DNA from: Macrostomum lignano
Lineage: Eukaryota
Direction: 5' to 3'
Assembly (NCBI GenBank): GCA_002269645.1
Contig: NIVC01000546.1
Span: forward strand, 62,001-126,000
DNA length: 64,000 nucleotides
This document shows, in pieces, positions 1 through 18,198 of this stretch (its first letter is position 1; every line of letters begins with the position of its first letter). Under the pieces are notes generated by a model. It ran no database searches. It was given only the letters and a program-made list of their open reading frames with translations, and was not told where the DNA came from. The translations under genes were made by a program, and so were the position numbers.

Positions 1-551
1 TTGAGTACACTGACTAGTTGAGTACACTGACTAGTTGAGTACACTGATTGGTTGAGTACACTGACTAGTTGAGTACACTGACTAGTTGAGTACACTGATT
101 GGTTGAGTACACTGACTAGTTGAGTACACTGACTAGTTGAGTACACTGACTAGTTGAGTACACTGACTAGTTGAGTACACTGATTGGTTGAGTACACTGA
201 CTAGTTGAGTACACTGACTAGTTGAGTACACTGACTAGTTGAGTACACTGACTAGTTGAGTACACTGACTAGTTGAGTACACTGACTGGTTGAGTACACT
301 GATTGGTTGAGTACACTGGCTATTTGAGTAGACTAGCTGGTTGAGTAGAGTGACTGGTTGAGTAGAGTGACTGGTTGAGTACACTGGCTGATTGAGTACA
401 TTGGGTGGTTGAGTACACTGGCTGGTTGAGTACATTGGCTGGTTGAGTACATTGACTGGTTGAGTACATTGGCTGGTTGAGTACATTGGCTGGTTGAGTA
501 CATTGACTGGTTGAGTACATTGGCTGGTTGAGTACATTGGCTGGTTGAGTA
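1..551. repeat. 17-bp minisatellite (TTGAGTACACTGACTAG and variants), running off the window start
   Basis: Direct tandem copies with 17-bp period; the ORFs called here are repeat artefacts. Confidence 0.97.
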
Positions 552-1752
552 GACTGCAGTTTATTGAGCTCCATTGCGTAATATTTTATTTTTGGGTGCA
601 GCATCCGTAAAGATAAATTACATTCAGGACATGCAAAAACTTTTAGGCATGGTAGAAGGAGCTTAGAGATCTGTGAGGATGACATTTGCAATGAGGTGCT
701 ATCAATCAACCTTTATCGCTTCAGGTACGGCAGAAGCGTCGACAAGCAGACAGCCCGGCACTCCAAACGACTTTAAAAAAGAATTCGCCAGGATGCGCCA
801 GAATGACTCTATCAATTCAATGACTCGATAAAAATTAAAACAAAATTTTCAATCTGTCCAAGACCTGTGCTTCATATCCAGCTGAAACTGATAGCAATAA
901 ATCTCTATTGCATCCAGGAAATTGATTATTTTACCCGCCCCAATCTCTAAAAAAATTTTCTGTCGATTTTCCCGCTTCCTGCTTCATCCCAGGTTACTCA
1001 GCGGCCTGTTGTCGAGACCGAGTTCGGAGTGAAACAAGCAACAGCTAAAATATAAATCTTCAAAACTTTATGAGATGGTAAAAGTTTTAACTACTTTGCA
1101 GGACTTTCTCTTATTTAGCAAAGTGGGTACACGAAAGGTGATCACCTTTCCTATCACAGATTACAGCTTCAGGCCCTGCTTACAGATGCAGACTCTGCTC
1201 CTGCGCAAATTAACTAGATTGATTGCGCCGACTCTGGTAGATACAAAACAAGGTGACGCATCGGCTTGCTTGCAATCCGTGTCTGGGGTCTGAAAGGAAC
1301 AGGCAAAGTCATTCCATAATTTTGTAATGTTCAGCCAGTGACTTGTCGAGCGTACAGAACTCATCTAGCATAATAGACAGGTGAACAGGGCGTTATACCC
1401 AAGTGGGATTGGAGGCGACTCAGTCCTGGAGGCTTCGCACGGCTTCGCGAGTCCATTAGGTTCGTCTCTGACTGAGTAAAAGATTGCCCACTAATTATAG
1501 ATCCTTAGCGACTATATTCTGATAGCAATATTCTTCCTCACATGTACAAACCGTGTCGTTGTATTAAGAAGCTGCCTCTGAAGACCAGATCTATACATAT
1601 AATGTTGCATTATAGTCCTAATCTAAGTAGTCCCTGATGTTACCTGAACTCACAGATTGTCATAGTCACACAGGTTGTCCCGCCACATGTCTTTCAAGCA
1701 CCCAGTTGTGTCCTAAAATTCATTTGCACCGGACCGTCGGATTTTGATTCTA

Positions 1753-2217
1753 ACTGAGTACACTGGCTGGCTGAGTACACTGGCCGGTTGAGTACACTGG
1801 CTGGCTGAGTACACTGGCCCGTTGAGTACACTGGCTGGCTGAGTACACTGGCCGGTTGAGTACACTGGCTGGCTGAGTACACTGGCCGGTTGAGTACACT
1901 GGCTGGCTGAGTACACTGGCCGGTTGAGTACACTGGCTGGCTGAGTACACTGGCCGGTTGAGTACACTGGCTGGCTGAGTACACTGGCCGGTTGAGTACA
2001 CTGGCTGGCTGAGTACACTGGCTGGCTGAGTACACTGGCTGGCTGAGTACACTGGCAGGCTTAGTACACTGGCCGGTTGAGTACACTGGCCGGTTGAGTA
2101 CACTGGCCGGTTGAGTACACTGGCCGGTTGAGTACACTGGCCGGTTGAGTACACTGGCCGGTTGAGTACACTGGCTGGCTGAGTACACTGGCCGGTTGAG
2201 TACACTGGCCGGTTGAG
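1753..2217. repeat. 17-bp minisatellite (YTGAGTACACTGGCYGG), same family as 1-551
   Basis: Tandem 17-bp units sharing the GAGTACACTG core with the first array. Confidence 0.97.
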
Positions 2218-2739
2218 TGGATCTAGAAAGTCCTAGAGGAATAAGTACAGCAGACTGCCGCCTCAATTGACTGCCTCCCACGCAAGCATGTTATCTTTGC
2301 CGTGGCAAAATGTATGTACTGGCATGTAAAACATCTCTAATTAGAACAAGTCTTTAATTAGCTAACACGTCTCCTCAACAGTGTATCATAGTCATGGTTT
2401 TCCCAATAAAATACAACGAATGTTATTTCAATACCTGTTGAACATCTTTCAGTTTGGGCGAGGCTGCGCTTCGAGGACGTGACATGGACGAAGCCAGGTA
2501 GCAAGGTTTCTTCAAGATCCTCCTGCTGACCCTACTGGGACTGCGCAGGCTCGATCCGTAACAGGCGGTTGGAGGAACAAAAAGTTGGGACCTTGGGATT
2601 TTAGGGTCGCCTCCCTAAGCTCGAAAATTCACATCGTCAAAACTCTTTCTGGCCACTTTATGAGGTTGAAATTTCACATGGTGCAAAACTCAGCATGGTC
2701 GTCGGTCACTTTGGTGCGCAGATTTTTTAATACGAGTAG

Positions 2740-3362
2740 GAAATGCTCCGATAGCTATAGGATGTCTCTGAAATGCTCCGATAGCTATAGGATGTCTCTG
2801 AAATGCTCCGATAGCTATAGGATGTCTCTGAAATGCTCCGATAGCTGTAGGATGTCTCTGAAATGCTCCGATAGCTGTAGGATGTCTCTGAAATGCTCCG
2901 ATAGCTGTAGGATGTCTCTGAAATGCTCCGATAGCTGTAGGATGTCTCTGAAATGCTCCGATAGCTATAGGATGTCTCTGAAATGCTCCGATAGCTGTAG
3001 GATGTCTCTGAAATGCTCCGATAGCTGTAGGATGTCTCTGAAATGCTCCGATAGCTATAGGATGTCTCTGAAATGCTCCGATAGCTATAGGATGTCTCTG
3101 AAATGCTCCGATAGCTATAGGATGTCTCTGAAATGCTCCGATAGCTATAGGATGTCTCTGAAATGCTCCGATAGCTATAGGATGTCTCTGAAATGCTCCG
3201 ATAGCTATAGGATGTCTCTGAAATGCTCCGATAGCTATAGGATGTCTCTGAAATGCTCCGATAGCTGTAGGATGTCTCTGAAATGCTCCGATAGCTGTAG
3301 GATGTCTCTGAAATGCTCCGATAGCTATAGGATGTCTCTGAAATGCTCCGATAGCTATAGGA
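2740..3362. repeat. 30-bp minisatellite (AAATGCTCCGATAGCTRTAGGATGTCTCTG), about 21 copies
   Basis: Near-perfect 30-bp period; only one A/G position varies. Confidence 0.97.
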
Positions 3363-3831
3363 TGTTATTGTTATGTTATTTTATGTTATGTTATGTTATG
3401 TTATTTTTATTGTTATTAAAATCATATAATTAAAGTGCGCGGCCAGAGAAAATCTCTCGCTGGTAAAAAGCTCTCAACCGATCCGAAAAACAACAAACAA
3501 CAAAATAGTGCTTGTCCACAGTCAGTTACGGACTTATGGAACTGGAGCACCGATACAGAGCGCGCCTCTGGGCTTCGTCACCGATACGTCACAGCGTACG
3601 TCGTGTCAACTTCCTGTTCAAGCGAGTTCTGGCAGTTCATGAAACTGCAGGAGCCTTAAATGCTTCACAGGTAACTATAGTTAGGTAGGATAACTGAGTT
3701 TGAATGTTTTGGATGTTCGAACGCACGATTTTGAGCATTCATTTATTCAGTAAGAATTAAAAGACGAGCAAAACGAAATTATATGGACTGCTCTTAAATA
3801 GGACTGGACAAACGTTAATGAACATTTATAA

Positions 3832-4131
3832 CAATAATAATTGATTACACCTGCCCCAATTGGGCCAGATGTGCAACCGACAGCTCAGCCGCAGCTATTG
3901 CGCGGCGCATCTGAAGGCTGCGTACGGCTGTTCAGTCCAAGGACTGGGGGGTCGCCACACACAGCCTCAATTACCCCAGCTAATCCTGGCACCCATTTTA
4001 CAGCTGGGTGAACTGAAGCAATGCAGAGTTAAGCGTCTTGCTCAAGGACACAAATTGTTTCGAGTGGGTCGAGAATCGAATCGCCGACGTTTCAGTCGTG
4101 ATTCGGACGCTCTAACCATTAGGCTATGCTG
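3832..4131 (-). mobile_element. tRNA-derived CORE-SINE
   Basis: Minus strand reads A-box TAGCCTAATGG, B-box-like GATTCGATTC, then TGTGTCCTTGAGCAAGACGCTTAACTCTGCATTGCTTCAGTTCACCCAGCTGTAAAATGGG (resembles the MIR/CORE domain), ending in a TTA-rich tail; second copy at 59670-59997. Confidence 0.8.
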
Positions 4132-4306
4132 ATAAAATGAGCAAACACTAGTCAAACTGAACTGCATAATGTTTTAGTTATTGTCTATGGACATGGATAT
4201 GTAATTCACAATTTTTTTTTCTATAAATGACATTTCTCGAATCAGCCTAATAATTTTAAATTAGGCTTGCGATAAAATACAGTGCATCTATTTAGAAAAC
4301 TTGACC

Positions 4307-5613
4307 ATGACCAACCAGTCTAACAAGTCCGCCAACGACTTGACAGATGAATCGAAGCACAACATCAACATGAGCTTCTACTTCACTCTGTGCCATCGAA
4401 TGGCCGAGCTGGAGCCCATGCTGGTTGAGTTCTACTCCAAGCTGCTGCGTCAGCTAGGCCTTCTGAACAGTGCAAATCTGATGATTAACGACTCTGAGCA
4501 GACACTCACCGAGGAACTGCTGCGGAGCGTCGTCAACTCCAAAGAGGACGTCGCAGAGGGCGTTGAATTCCCTCTGTTCCGCGGCGCCTACATCCGGCTG
4601 TTTGAGGACGGGTCCCTGTTCCAGAGGATCATGTTCGAAGTGTTCGACGCCCTGGGTGAAGCCAGGTTGATCTGGATTCGATGGTGAGGAGCGAGCGTTG
4701 AGATTTGGGATACCCGATTGTCGATACCCGATTGCCGATACCCGATTGCCGATACCCGATTACCGATACCCGATTGCCGAAAATCGATTGCCGAAACCCG
4801 ATTGCCGATACCCGATTGCCGATACCCGATTGACGATACCCGGTTTCCGATACCCGATTGCCGATACCAGATCGCCGATACCCAATTGCCGATACCAGAT
4901 TATCGATACCCGATTGCCGATACCACATTACCGATACCCGATTGCCGATACCACATTACCGATACCAGATTATCGATGCCCGATTGCCGATACCTCATTA
5001 TCGATACCCGATTACCGATACCCGGTTCCCGATACCCGATTGCCGATACCCGGTTCCCGATACCCGATTGCCGATACCCGGTTCCCGATACCCGATTGCC
5101 GATACCATATCGCCGATACCCAAATCTTATCCGGATTTCCACCTCCAATTACCCAACACGCTTTACAGGTATTCGGAATACAAGCTCAAAAACAAATCCA
5201 ATCCAAAGTTGCGCACATTCTATCGCTTCATCGACTACAGCTTCATCTCGCAGCTTCCCCTGCATCACTACACGGCATTCCAGGCTGACACCCTGCTGTA
5301 CTGCGAGTGGCGCTGCGCCCACCCCAACCTGATCGGCTTCCATCTGCTCATCCTCGCCTGGATGCTCGACGCCCGCGAGTTTTTCCAGTTCGCCCCGGCC
5401 GGAATCCAACAGGCCGACCCGCTGCGGAGCCCCCTGCTGCGCAGCTTCTGGCCGATGGCCGGCCAGCCCCGGATCCGCCTACTGCCTTCGGCCAAATCGC
5501 CCACAGAGGCAGCTCCGCCGTCGAGGCCGCCGCCGCGGTCGCCAGCAAAGACGCCGAGGCTGGAGGGCCGGACCGATAAACGGGCGCGGCTGGCGACCAA
5601 GAAGTCGGCCTAG
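4307..5613 (+). CDS. Uncharacterised protein, paralogue A; exons 4307-4683 and 5169-5613 (upstream exons possible)
   Basis: Donor TG|GTGAGG at 4684 and acceptor TTTACAG|G at 5168 join in phase 2 (..IRW-YSEYK..). Shares LFRGAYI..F.DGS and FISQLP..LLY.EWR..HPNL.G..LL.LAWML with paralogue B. Confidence 0.82.
4706..5115. repeat. 14-bp intronic minisatellite (GATACCCGATTGCC)
   Basis: Degenerate tandem array filling the intron of paralogue A. Confidence 0.95.
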
Positions 5614-6579
5614 ACTCTGCAGGAAGTTTTGCTTTTGCTTAAAAAGTTAAAAGTACACAATGCCCGCGATATTTACTAAATATCAAATCTATCAAATCTT
5701 TTTTATTTGTGGAGCCTCAGTGATTTGGTGTTAAATTTTGAGGATTTGAAAGACGTTCTTTTAAAAAGTATTTGAAACCAAAAACTGTTTTTTACGCAGA
5801 ACTTGATCGAGAATTCATTAGGCATTTGCTGGGTCGACACAATTCCGAAATTGTCCTTTCATATTCTTTTAATATCAAATTTGACAATGACTCTGCCCTG
5901 GTGCAGCGCCTTCGGCGACATCGTCCTTTAATCGTTCTTTTTAATCGCTCGGCATGTACTTCGTACGACGTACGACGATCATACGACGCAAGAATCACAC
6001 TTGTTTACCGCTGAGCTGCTCAGCCCCGTGTGCGACCACCTTGGACCAAGCTTATGCTGGCTTCAAAAGAGAGAAAGTGCTAATTTTTACTAAAAATTAA
6101 CAAATCACCTCTCGCTAATCGGTTGTTTACTAGATGTCTACTAGATGTCTACTAGATGTCTAGACACTCACTCAGTGCCAGCGCCGTGTGCTGCCAGCCG
6201 TTTAATGTTGTTTTTTGCCAGCAGAAACCCGTAGGCTTGCAGCTGCTGTCGAGTGCAGGTGAATTTTTTGTTTAAATAATAATGACAAGGCGCTTCCAAG
6301 CCCGCCCCGTCCGTCGCATTTTAACGATAGAATTTGTAAAATTTTGAGTCAGTGTGCAGTTTTTCCATCTCCCAATAGAGTCCTCAATTATTTAAGTGCT
6401 TCGTCTGAAACAATATTTTTTCGAGCGATTCAAGTGCGGAAAAACATAATTGACTGGCTGACTATTGAAATTCTAAAAAAATACCCTATTAGCATTCATT
6501 TGAATGCTGCTACCTGTTCAAGCACTATACGATTTTCGTAAATCTCTAATGACACTACTGAGTTTTTAAAAGTAAGTAG

Positions 6580-7577
6580 TGTTGTGATTGACAATGCTTG
6601 CGCAATGAACTGACCACTGACAATTAACTATTGACCTTATTGAATGCGTGGGCGTATACTGTACTCAGACTAGAATGTGTAGGTGATTGCGTATCGATTT
6701 GGCAATGCAACGTGCAAGTAGGAGTTTCACCTCTATAAATATATTGTGAGCGAGATGTGTATCTCTGAACTCGAAAGCTTCAATCAAAGAAACTCTCTGT
6801 GTTAATTAGAACACAACAAATGGTGACGAGCGGACTCCCGTACCCAGCGGAGTTTCAACCAGTACCAGGCGAACCTCCTGTGCCATGGGCAAGGTGGATC
6901 AAGTCATTTGAGAACTTCCTGGTAGCTGGAGCTCTCGAAGAGGCATCAGAGAGTCGGAAAAAGGCGATCCTCCTGCATCTGCTTGGTGAGGAAGGACGCC
7001 GCCGAGCTGCAAACGTCGATGCAAGCAAGTCGCTTCAGGAGACCAAAAAGGCACTGAAGGCGATTTTCAGCTCGTCGAGAAGCGTCATAGCAGAGCGCTT
7101 CGCCTTTCGGCAGCGAGCCCAGCACGACGGCGAGAGCATCGGAGACTACGTGATGGCCCTGAGAGAACTGGCAACAAACTGCAACTTTGGCACCTTTCAC
7201 GACGAAATGATTCGAGACCAACTTGTGGAGAAAACCTGTGTACCTCGCATTAGGGAAAGACTCCTGATGGAGGAGGACGATCTGACACTAGATGACGCCA
7301 TCAAGAAGGCTGAGCGAATCGAAGCAGCCATCAGAGACGCCAAGCAGGTCAGCGGCCCAGAGCTCCACGTGAAGGCGCTGAGTAAGAAGCCGAAGCCAGC
7401 TGCTCGCCATGAGAAGACCGCAGCAGCAGGTCCAAAGTGCACTCGATGCGGAGGCAACCACGGACACAAGGGCGAATGCAAGGCGATGGGCCAGAAATGC
7501 AGACGATGCGGCAAGACGAACCATTTCGCGAAAATGTGCCGCATGAAAGCGGTCTCTGCGATCGACACCAAAGAGCC
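6580..7577 (+). mobile_element. Truncated Ty3/Gypsy LTR retrotransposon: 5' LTR 6580-6818, PBS about 6821-6834, gag only
   Basis: LTR bounded by the inverted repeat TGTTGTG...CACAACA, followed by AA-TGGTGACGAGCGG (PBS-like); no pol and no second LTR follow. Confidence 0.85.
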
Positions 7578-7620
7578 TAAGAGACGATATTTTGCTATTT
7601 CTATGCGAAAATTTTTCTAG
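6820..7620 (+). CDS. gag: Gypsy Gag (capsid plus zinc knuckles), 3'-truncated
   Basis: GEPP..W..W..FENFL, ERFAFRQRAQ..GESI..Y..LRELA..CNFG, MIRDQLV and the knuckle CRRCGKTNHFAKMC; the last ~14 codons run into flanking DNA. Confidence 0.85.
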   Translation: MVTSGLPYPAEFQPVPGEPPVPWARWIKSFENFLVAGALEEASESRKKAILLHLLGEEGRRRAANVDASKSLQETKKALKAIFSSSRSVIAERFAFRQRAQHDGESIGDYVMALRELATNCNFGTFHDEMIRDQLVEKTCVPRIRERLLMEEDDLTLDDAIKKAERIEAAIRDAKQVSGPELHVKALSKKPKPAARHEKTAAAGPKCTRCGGNHGHKGECKAMGQKCRRCGKTNHFAKMCRMKAVSAIDTKEPKRRYFAISMRKFF

Positions 7621-7946
7621 TCTGTATATTTATATAACTTAAAGATTTGTGTGCAATCAGGAAAAGTTGGGCTCTTTAGAAGGCGACCTTACCTCTGAGA
7701 CCTCACCGCAACACGGGTGCCCGAAGTCACTGCAGTTACCTACGCAAATCTGCAGTGAGGGTCAATAGTTTTACAATGAAGCCATCATTGATTGGCTGTT
7801 GACCCTGAAACCCTGAAACCTCAAGACCACAGGTATTACACAAGGAATGAGCGCTTCTGTCTATGGCTAACACCCCTGCGGCTTAAAGAATGATGAATTT
7901 GTACCAAATAATTTTTGGCTAAATTTGGCGGTCACTTCCAGTTGGC

Positions 7947-9399
7947 ATGGAGCAGCAGGACCGAGACAAGTTTATAGGTTTCTATCTGTCACTCAGGGAG
8001 AGACAGGACGATCTCGATTATGTGATGTGGCAGTTCTTCACCCAGCTCCTCGCTGCTCTCAGGGACTACCAACAGAAGCAACTGGGCGGTAGTCAAGGCC
8101 GAGTGTCTAAAAGTCTCCTCATCGAGGAGGTGGCCCAGACCAACTTGAGCGTGAAAATCAACATGCAAAGTTTTACAGACGACTTCGTTCTGTTCCGCGG
8201 TGCCTATATTAAAACCTTTCAGGATGGATCTGTGCCCTACAAAATACTGCACCTAATCATCGAAGCTCTGGGTGACAGCGCAGAGCCGTTGAAGGCCAAG
8301 TGAGTGTGCTGGAGTTGGAGGCTGGAGTGACACTGTGACTGAGTGACACTGTGAATAAGTGACACTGGGACTGAGTGACACTGGGACTGAGTGACACTGG
8401 GACTGAGTGACACTGGGACTGAGTGACACTGGGACTGAGTGACACTGGGACTGAGTGACACTGGGACTGAGTGACACTGGGACTGAGTGACACTGGGACT
8501 GAGTGACACTGGGACTGAGTGACACTGGGACTGAGTGACACTGGGACTGAGTGACACTGGGACTGAGTGACACTGGGACTGAGTGACACTGGGACTGAGT
8601 GACACTGGGACTGAGTGACACTGGGACTGAGTGACACTGGGACTGAGTGACATTGGGACTGAGTGACACTGGGACTGAGTGACACTGGGACTGAGTGACA
8701 CTGGGACTGAGTGACACTGGGACTGAGTGACACTGGGACTGAGTGACACTGGGACTGAGTGACACTGGGACTGAGTGACACTGGGACTGAGTGACACTGG
8801 GACTGAGTGACACTGGGACTGAGTGACACTGGGACTGAGTGACACTGGGACTGAGTGACACTGGGACTGAGTGACACTGGGACTGAGTGACACTGGGACT
8901 GAGTGACACTGGACTGGTTACTGCTTGAAGCTCAAGTGACTTGAATCAAAAAGATATATTCAAATATTTAAGATCGAAAAGTACATTGAAAGTTAGGCAG
9001 CCAATTTGTCTTCAATTCAGAGTGCACCAGTTCGAATCCGAGGGCAAGAGCCTGCCGATGCTGCGCGCATTCTATTGGTACGTGGACGTGAACTTCATCT
9101 CGCAGCTGCCAACAGAGTTCCAGGTGGCGTTCACCGTTGACTGCCTGCTGTACGGAGAGTGGCGCATCGACCACCCGAACCTGGTCGGCCTGAACCTGCT
9201 GGCCCTGGCCTGGATGCTGGGCGAGCCCCAGTTTCACCGCTTCCTGCCCGACGGCATGAAGGACTGCCAGCCGGTGAAGAGGCCGATTTTTAAGCAGCTG
9301 CTGCCGCTGGTCGGCATTCGAGTTCGATACAACGACAATGCCACTAAGTCCGGTCAGCAGCTGAAGGGTCAAGATAGTCAGCAGAAAAACGGGAAATAA
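7947..9399 (+). CDS. Uncharacterised protein, paralogue B; exons 7947-8299 and 9021-9399
   Basis: Donor AA|GTGAGT at 8300 and acceptor TTCAATTCAG|A at 9020 join in phase 2, at the same position as in paralogue A; shared motifs as above. Confidence 0.85.
8323..8913. repeat. 16-bp intronic minisatellite (GACTGAGTGACACTGG)
   Basis: Near-perfect tandem array inside the paralogue B intron. Confidence 0.97.
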
Positions 9400-9505
9400 G
9401 TTGGGGCTCTGATTTTCCAATACTTTCTTTATTCTTTTGAAATTATATCAAAATGTATTTTTGCTTTTTTCGAAAAAAAACTTGCGTATTTAAGTTGCAT
9501 TCCTC

Positions 9506-10078
<573 letters not shown>

Positions 10079-11202
10079 CTGTGCTTGTTCTCTGTGCTCT
10101 GTGCCAGCAGAATGGAATTTCGGGTCTCAGTTTTGGACGCTCATCTTGTAGCTTCCTCATCATCTAGCCGAAAAAGTGCTCAAGAAAAGAGCTCACACAA
10201 GGATCTTCTAACTATAAGGAAGGTTTTTCGCGAGCTCTTTGAGCCACGCCCTTTTCTCGGCAGCTGCAGATTGCTAACGCGACTCAGCTTCTTCAGAGAG
10301 CGGTGTGAAATTACCTCGCGACTGTTTGCCTGTCATTCCATTATGCATTTGTTATTGAAGAAGAAATTACTTTAAAGGTGAAAAGCTTATTTCAAAGGTT
10401 GGAACCCATTATCTGAACAATGAACTTTAAGAGCCTTTGAACAGCAGATCAAACACGTCATGGCAAGTTTTAGTGGTAAAATTCAGTGGGCTTCCAGTTT
10501 TATTTTGCGATGACAAGTGTAGTGTCCACAGTTGTCAAATACTGAGTTGACAATACGGCTATAAAGTGCTTCCAAATACAGTAAAAACTGCATCAAACAT
10601 CAGTTGTCTCAACCAGCCGCTAAATTTTACGGGAGCATGCGGATGCTGAGACTAAAGTTTAACGTCAGGCTAAAAGCCTGGGTCACTTCAATTTTCCGGC
10701 TGGCTTGATCTATCAATATGTAATGGATTGAAACGCGTACTGCATCAGGCTAGGAAGCTAAGCTCGTAGCTTTTAAATACAAGCTTGTTAGACAATCCTT
10801 CGTGGAGGGCTTGGACAGGGGGAGAGGATTATTAAGATAAGCTTGGGTGTGTAACGCATTAGCAGAGTTGCAGTTTATTTGGATGGATTCGAAATTGACA
10901 AGCGCATATTATATTACAAATTAAATTAAGTTGCCCTTTAACGACAAACTGCGGATTTCAAATATAGACAAGTACTTTACGAAATTAAGAAGTATTCTAG
11001 AATATTCTAGAAGAATAATGCGGATTAACCTATTAAAAAAACATATCAATAATTAGCAATTACACCTACAGCAACGCATCTAGTATCGACTCTACTTTAC
11101 TTTTATATATCTGTGGAAGCTGGTTAGCCTGTTCAGCGCCACTCGTTTTAATACAGCACTTGACTCACTCACTGGCAACTTGCGTAAACAAAGGGCTAAA
11201 AG

Positions 11203-11690
11203 GGGTTGGGGCTAAGCCACGCAGGGCTGAGGGTGGGGCCTAGCCACGCAGGGTTGGGGCTGGGGGGGGCCTAGCCACACATGGCTGGGGGCTGGGGGTG
11301 GGGCCTAGCCACACATGGCTGGGGGCTGGGGGTGGGGCCTAGCCACACATGGCTGGGGGCTGTGGGTGGGGCCTAGCCACGCAGGCCTGGGGGCTGGGGT
11401 GGGGCCTAGCCACGCAGGCCTGGGGGCTGGGAACTGGGGGTGGGGCCTAGCCACACAGGGCTGGGGCTGGGGTGGGGCCTAGCCACGCAGGCCTGGGGGC
11501 TGGGAACTGGGGGTGGGGCCTAGCCACACATGGCTGGGGGCTGGGGGTGGGGCCTAGCCACGCAGGCCTGGGGGCTGGGGGTGGGGCCTAGCCACGCAGG
11601 CCTGGGGGCTGGGAACTGGGGGTGGGGCCTAGCCACACAGGGCTGGGGGCTGGGGGTGATGGCTAATCCACGCAGGCCTGGGGGCTGGGG
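11203..11690. repeat. G-rich ~30-bp minisatellite (GGGGTGGGGCCTAGCCACGCAGGCCTGGGGGCT)
   Basis: Tandem units with several G4-G5 runs each. Confidence 0.93.
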
Positions 11691-11992
11691 GAGGAGGCAC
11701 AGAGTTGAAGAGCGCGAGAGAAGAAGGGGGAGATCGAGCTAGCCAATCAGGGCCTCCGCGGCAAGAGACATAGATTGGACTGGCCCAAACGATAGAGAAA
11801 CGTAAAGGGGCAGCCGTTGAAAATACAAGCGTACGCAAAAACAAGAATGGAGGCTTAAGATGGGGGCAGACTAGAATAAACTTACGGCAGAGCGCGAGGG
11901 TCGGGGCAAGAGCATTGTGAAGCACAGCTCAGAATTTCATCCCCAAACCAAAAAGAGCATGAAATAAAATGCATTATACAAAATCATCTCCG

Positions 11993-17210
<5,218 letters not shown>

Positions 17211-17827
17211 AGATTGAGCGAATTTTTGAGCAGTCACAGAGTCCTGATTCCTGAATAGTTTAACAGCAAACTTTTGATTCAAATAATATTACTTACCCAA
17301 CAATTCAGCCAAAGTGACTGCTCGTCGAACAGTCAGAATAAAAACTTTTGCTACTTCCATTGAGCCCGTCGTGTCCCCGCGTCTGAAATGTTCAGTTGCG
17401 AGTAATCAATATATTATTAATTTTGCACTTACAGTACAACAGTCAAACATTCAAAACAAAGCCCATGAATTAATGCTTTGAACTTACATTCGTAAGCCGC
17501 TCGTGCTACACAAATTAATAAGTGAAGTTTTATGAGCTCAGTCGAGTGGCCCATGGTAGCTATTTTCGGATTCGTTGCATCACTTTTTCTGACTTTCACG
17601 TTGCTCTGTTCCCGATTCACCTTTTTCTCGCAAAATTGAAGCATACAAAACTTTGAGAGATTTTGATCTCGATAAGAATTTCGGCTAAATAAACTGGCTA
17701 AATAATCAGATTTTAAAAAAAGCATCGCCAGGTAACAACGAAAAAAATAAAAACAATATGAGATTTCCTCTTGATTATGTATACTCAGTAGCATCGACAA
17801 ATCGCCATCACAGAAGATACCGTTGTT

Positions 17828-18198
17828 AGCACTCATTTCAGCGCCACAGACAGTCACTCATTTCAGCGCTACAGACAGTCACTCATTTCAGCGTCACAGA
17901 CAATCAATCATTTCAGCGTCACATACAGTCACTCATTTTTGCGCCACAGACAGTCACCCATTTCAGCGCCACAGACAGTCACTCATTTCAGCGCCACAGA
18001 CAGTCACTTATTTCAGCGCCACAGTCAGTCACTTATTTCAGCGCCACAGACAGTCACTCATTTTGGCGCCACAGACAGTCACTTATTTCAGCGCCACAGA
18101 CAGTCACTCATTTTGGCGCCACAGACAGTCACTCATTTTTTGCGCCACAGACAGTCACTCATTTCAGCGCCACAGACAGTCACTCATTTCAGCGCCAC
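17828..18198. repeat. 25-bp minisatellite (GCGCCACAGACAGTCACTCATTTCA), left part
   Basis: Tandem array that resumes at 20578, after the BEL insertion. Confidence 0.95.
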
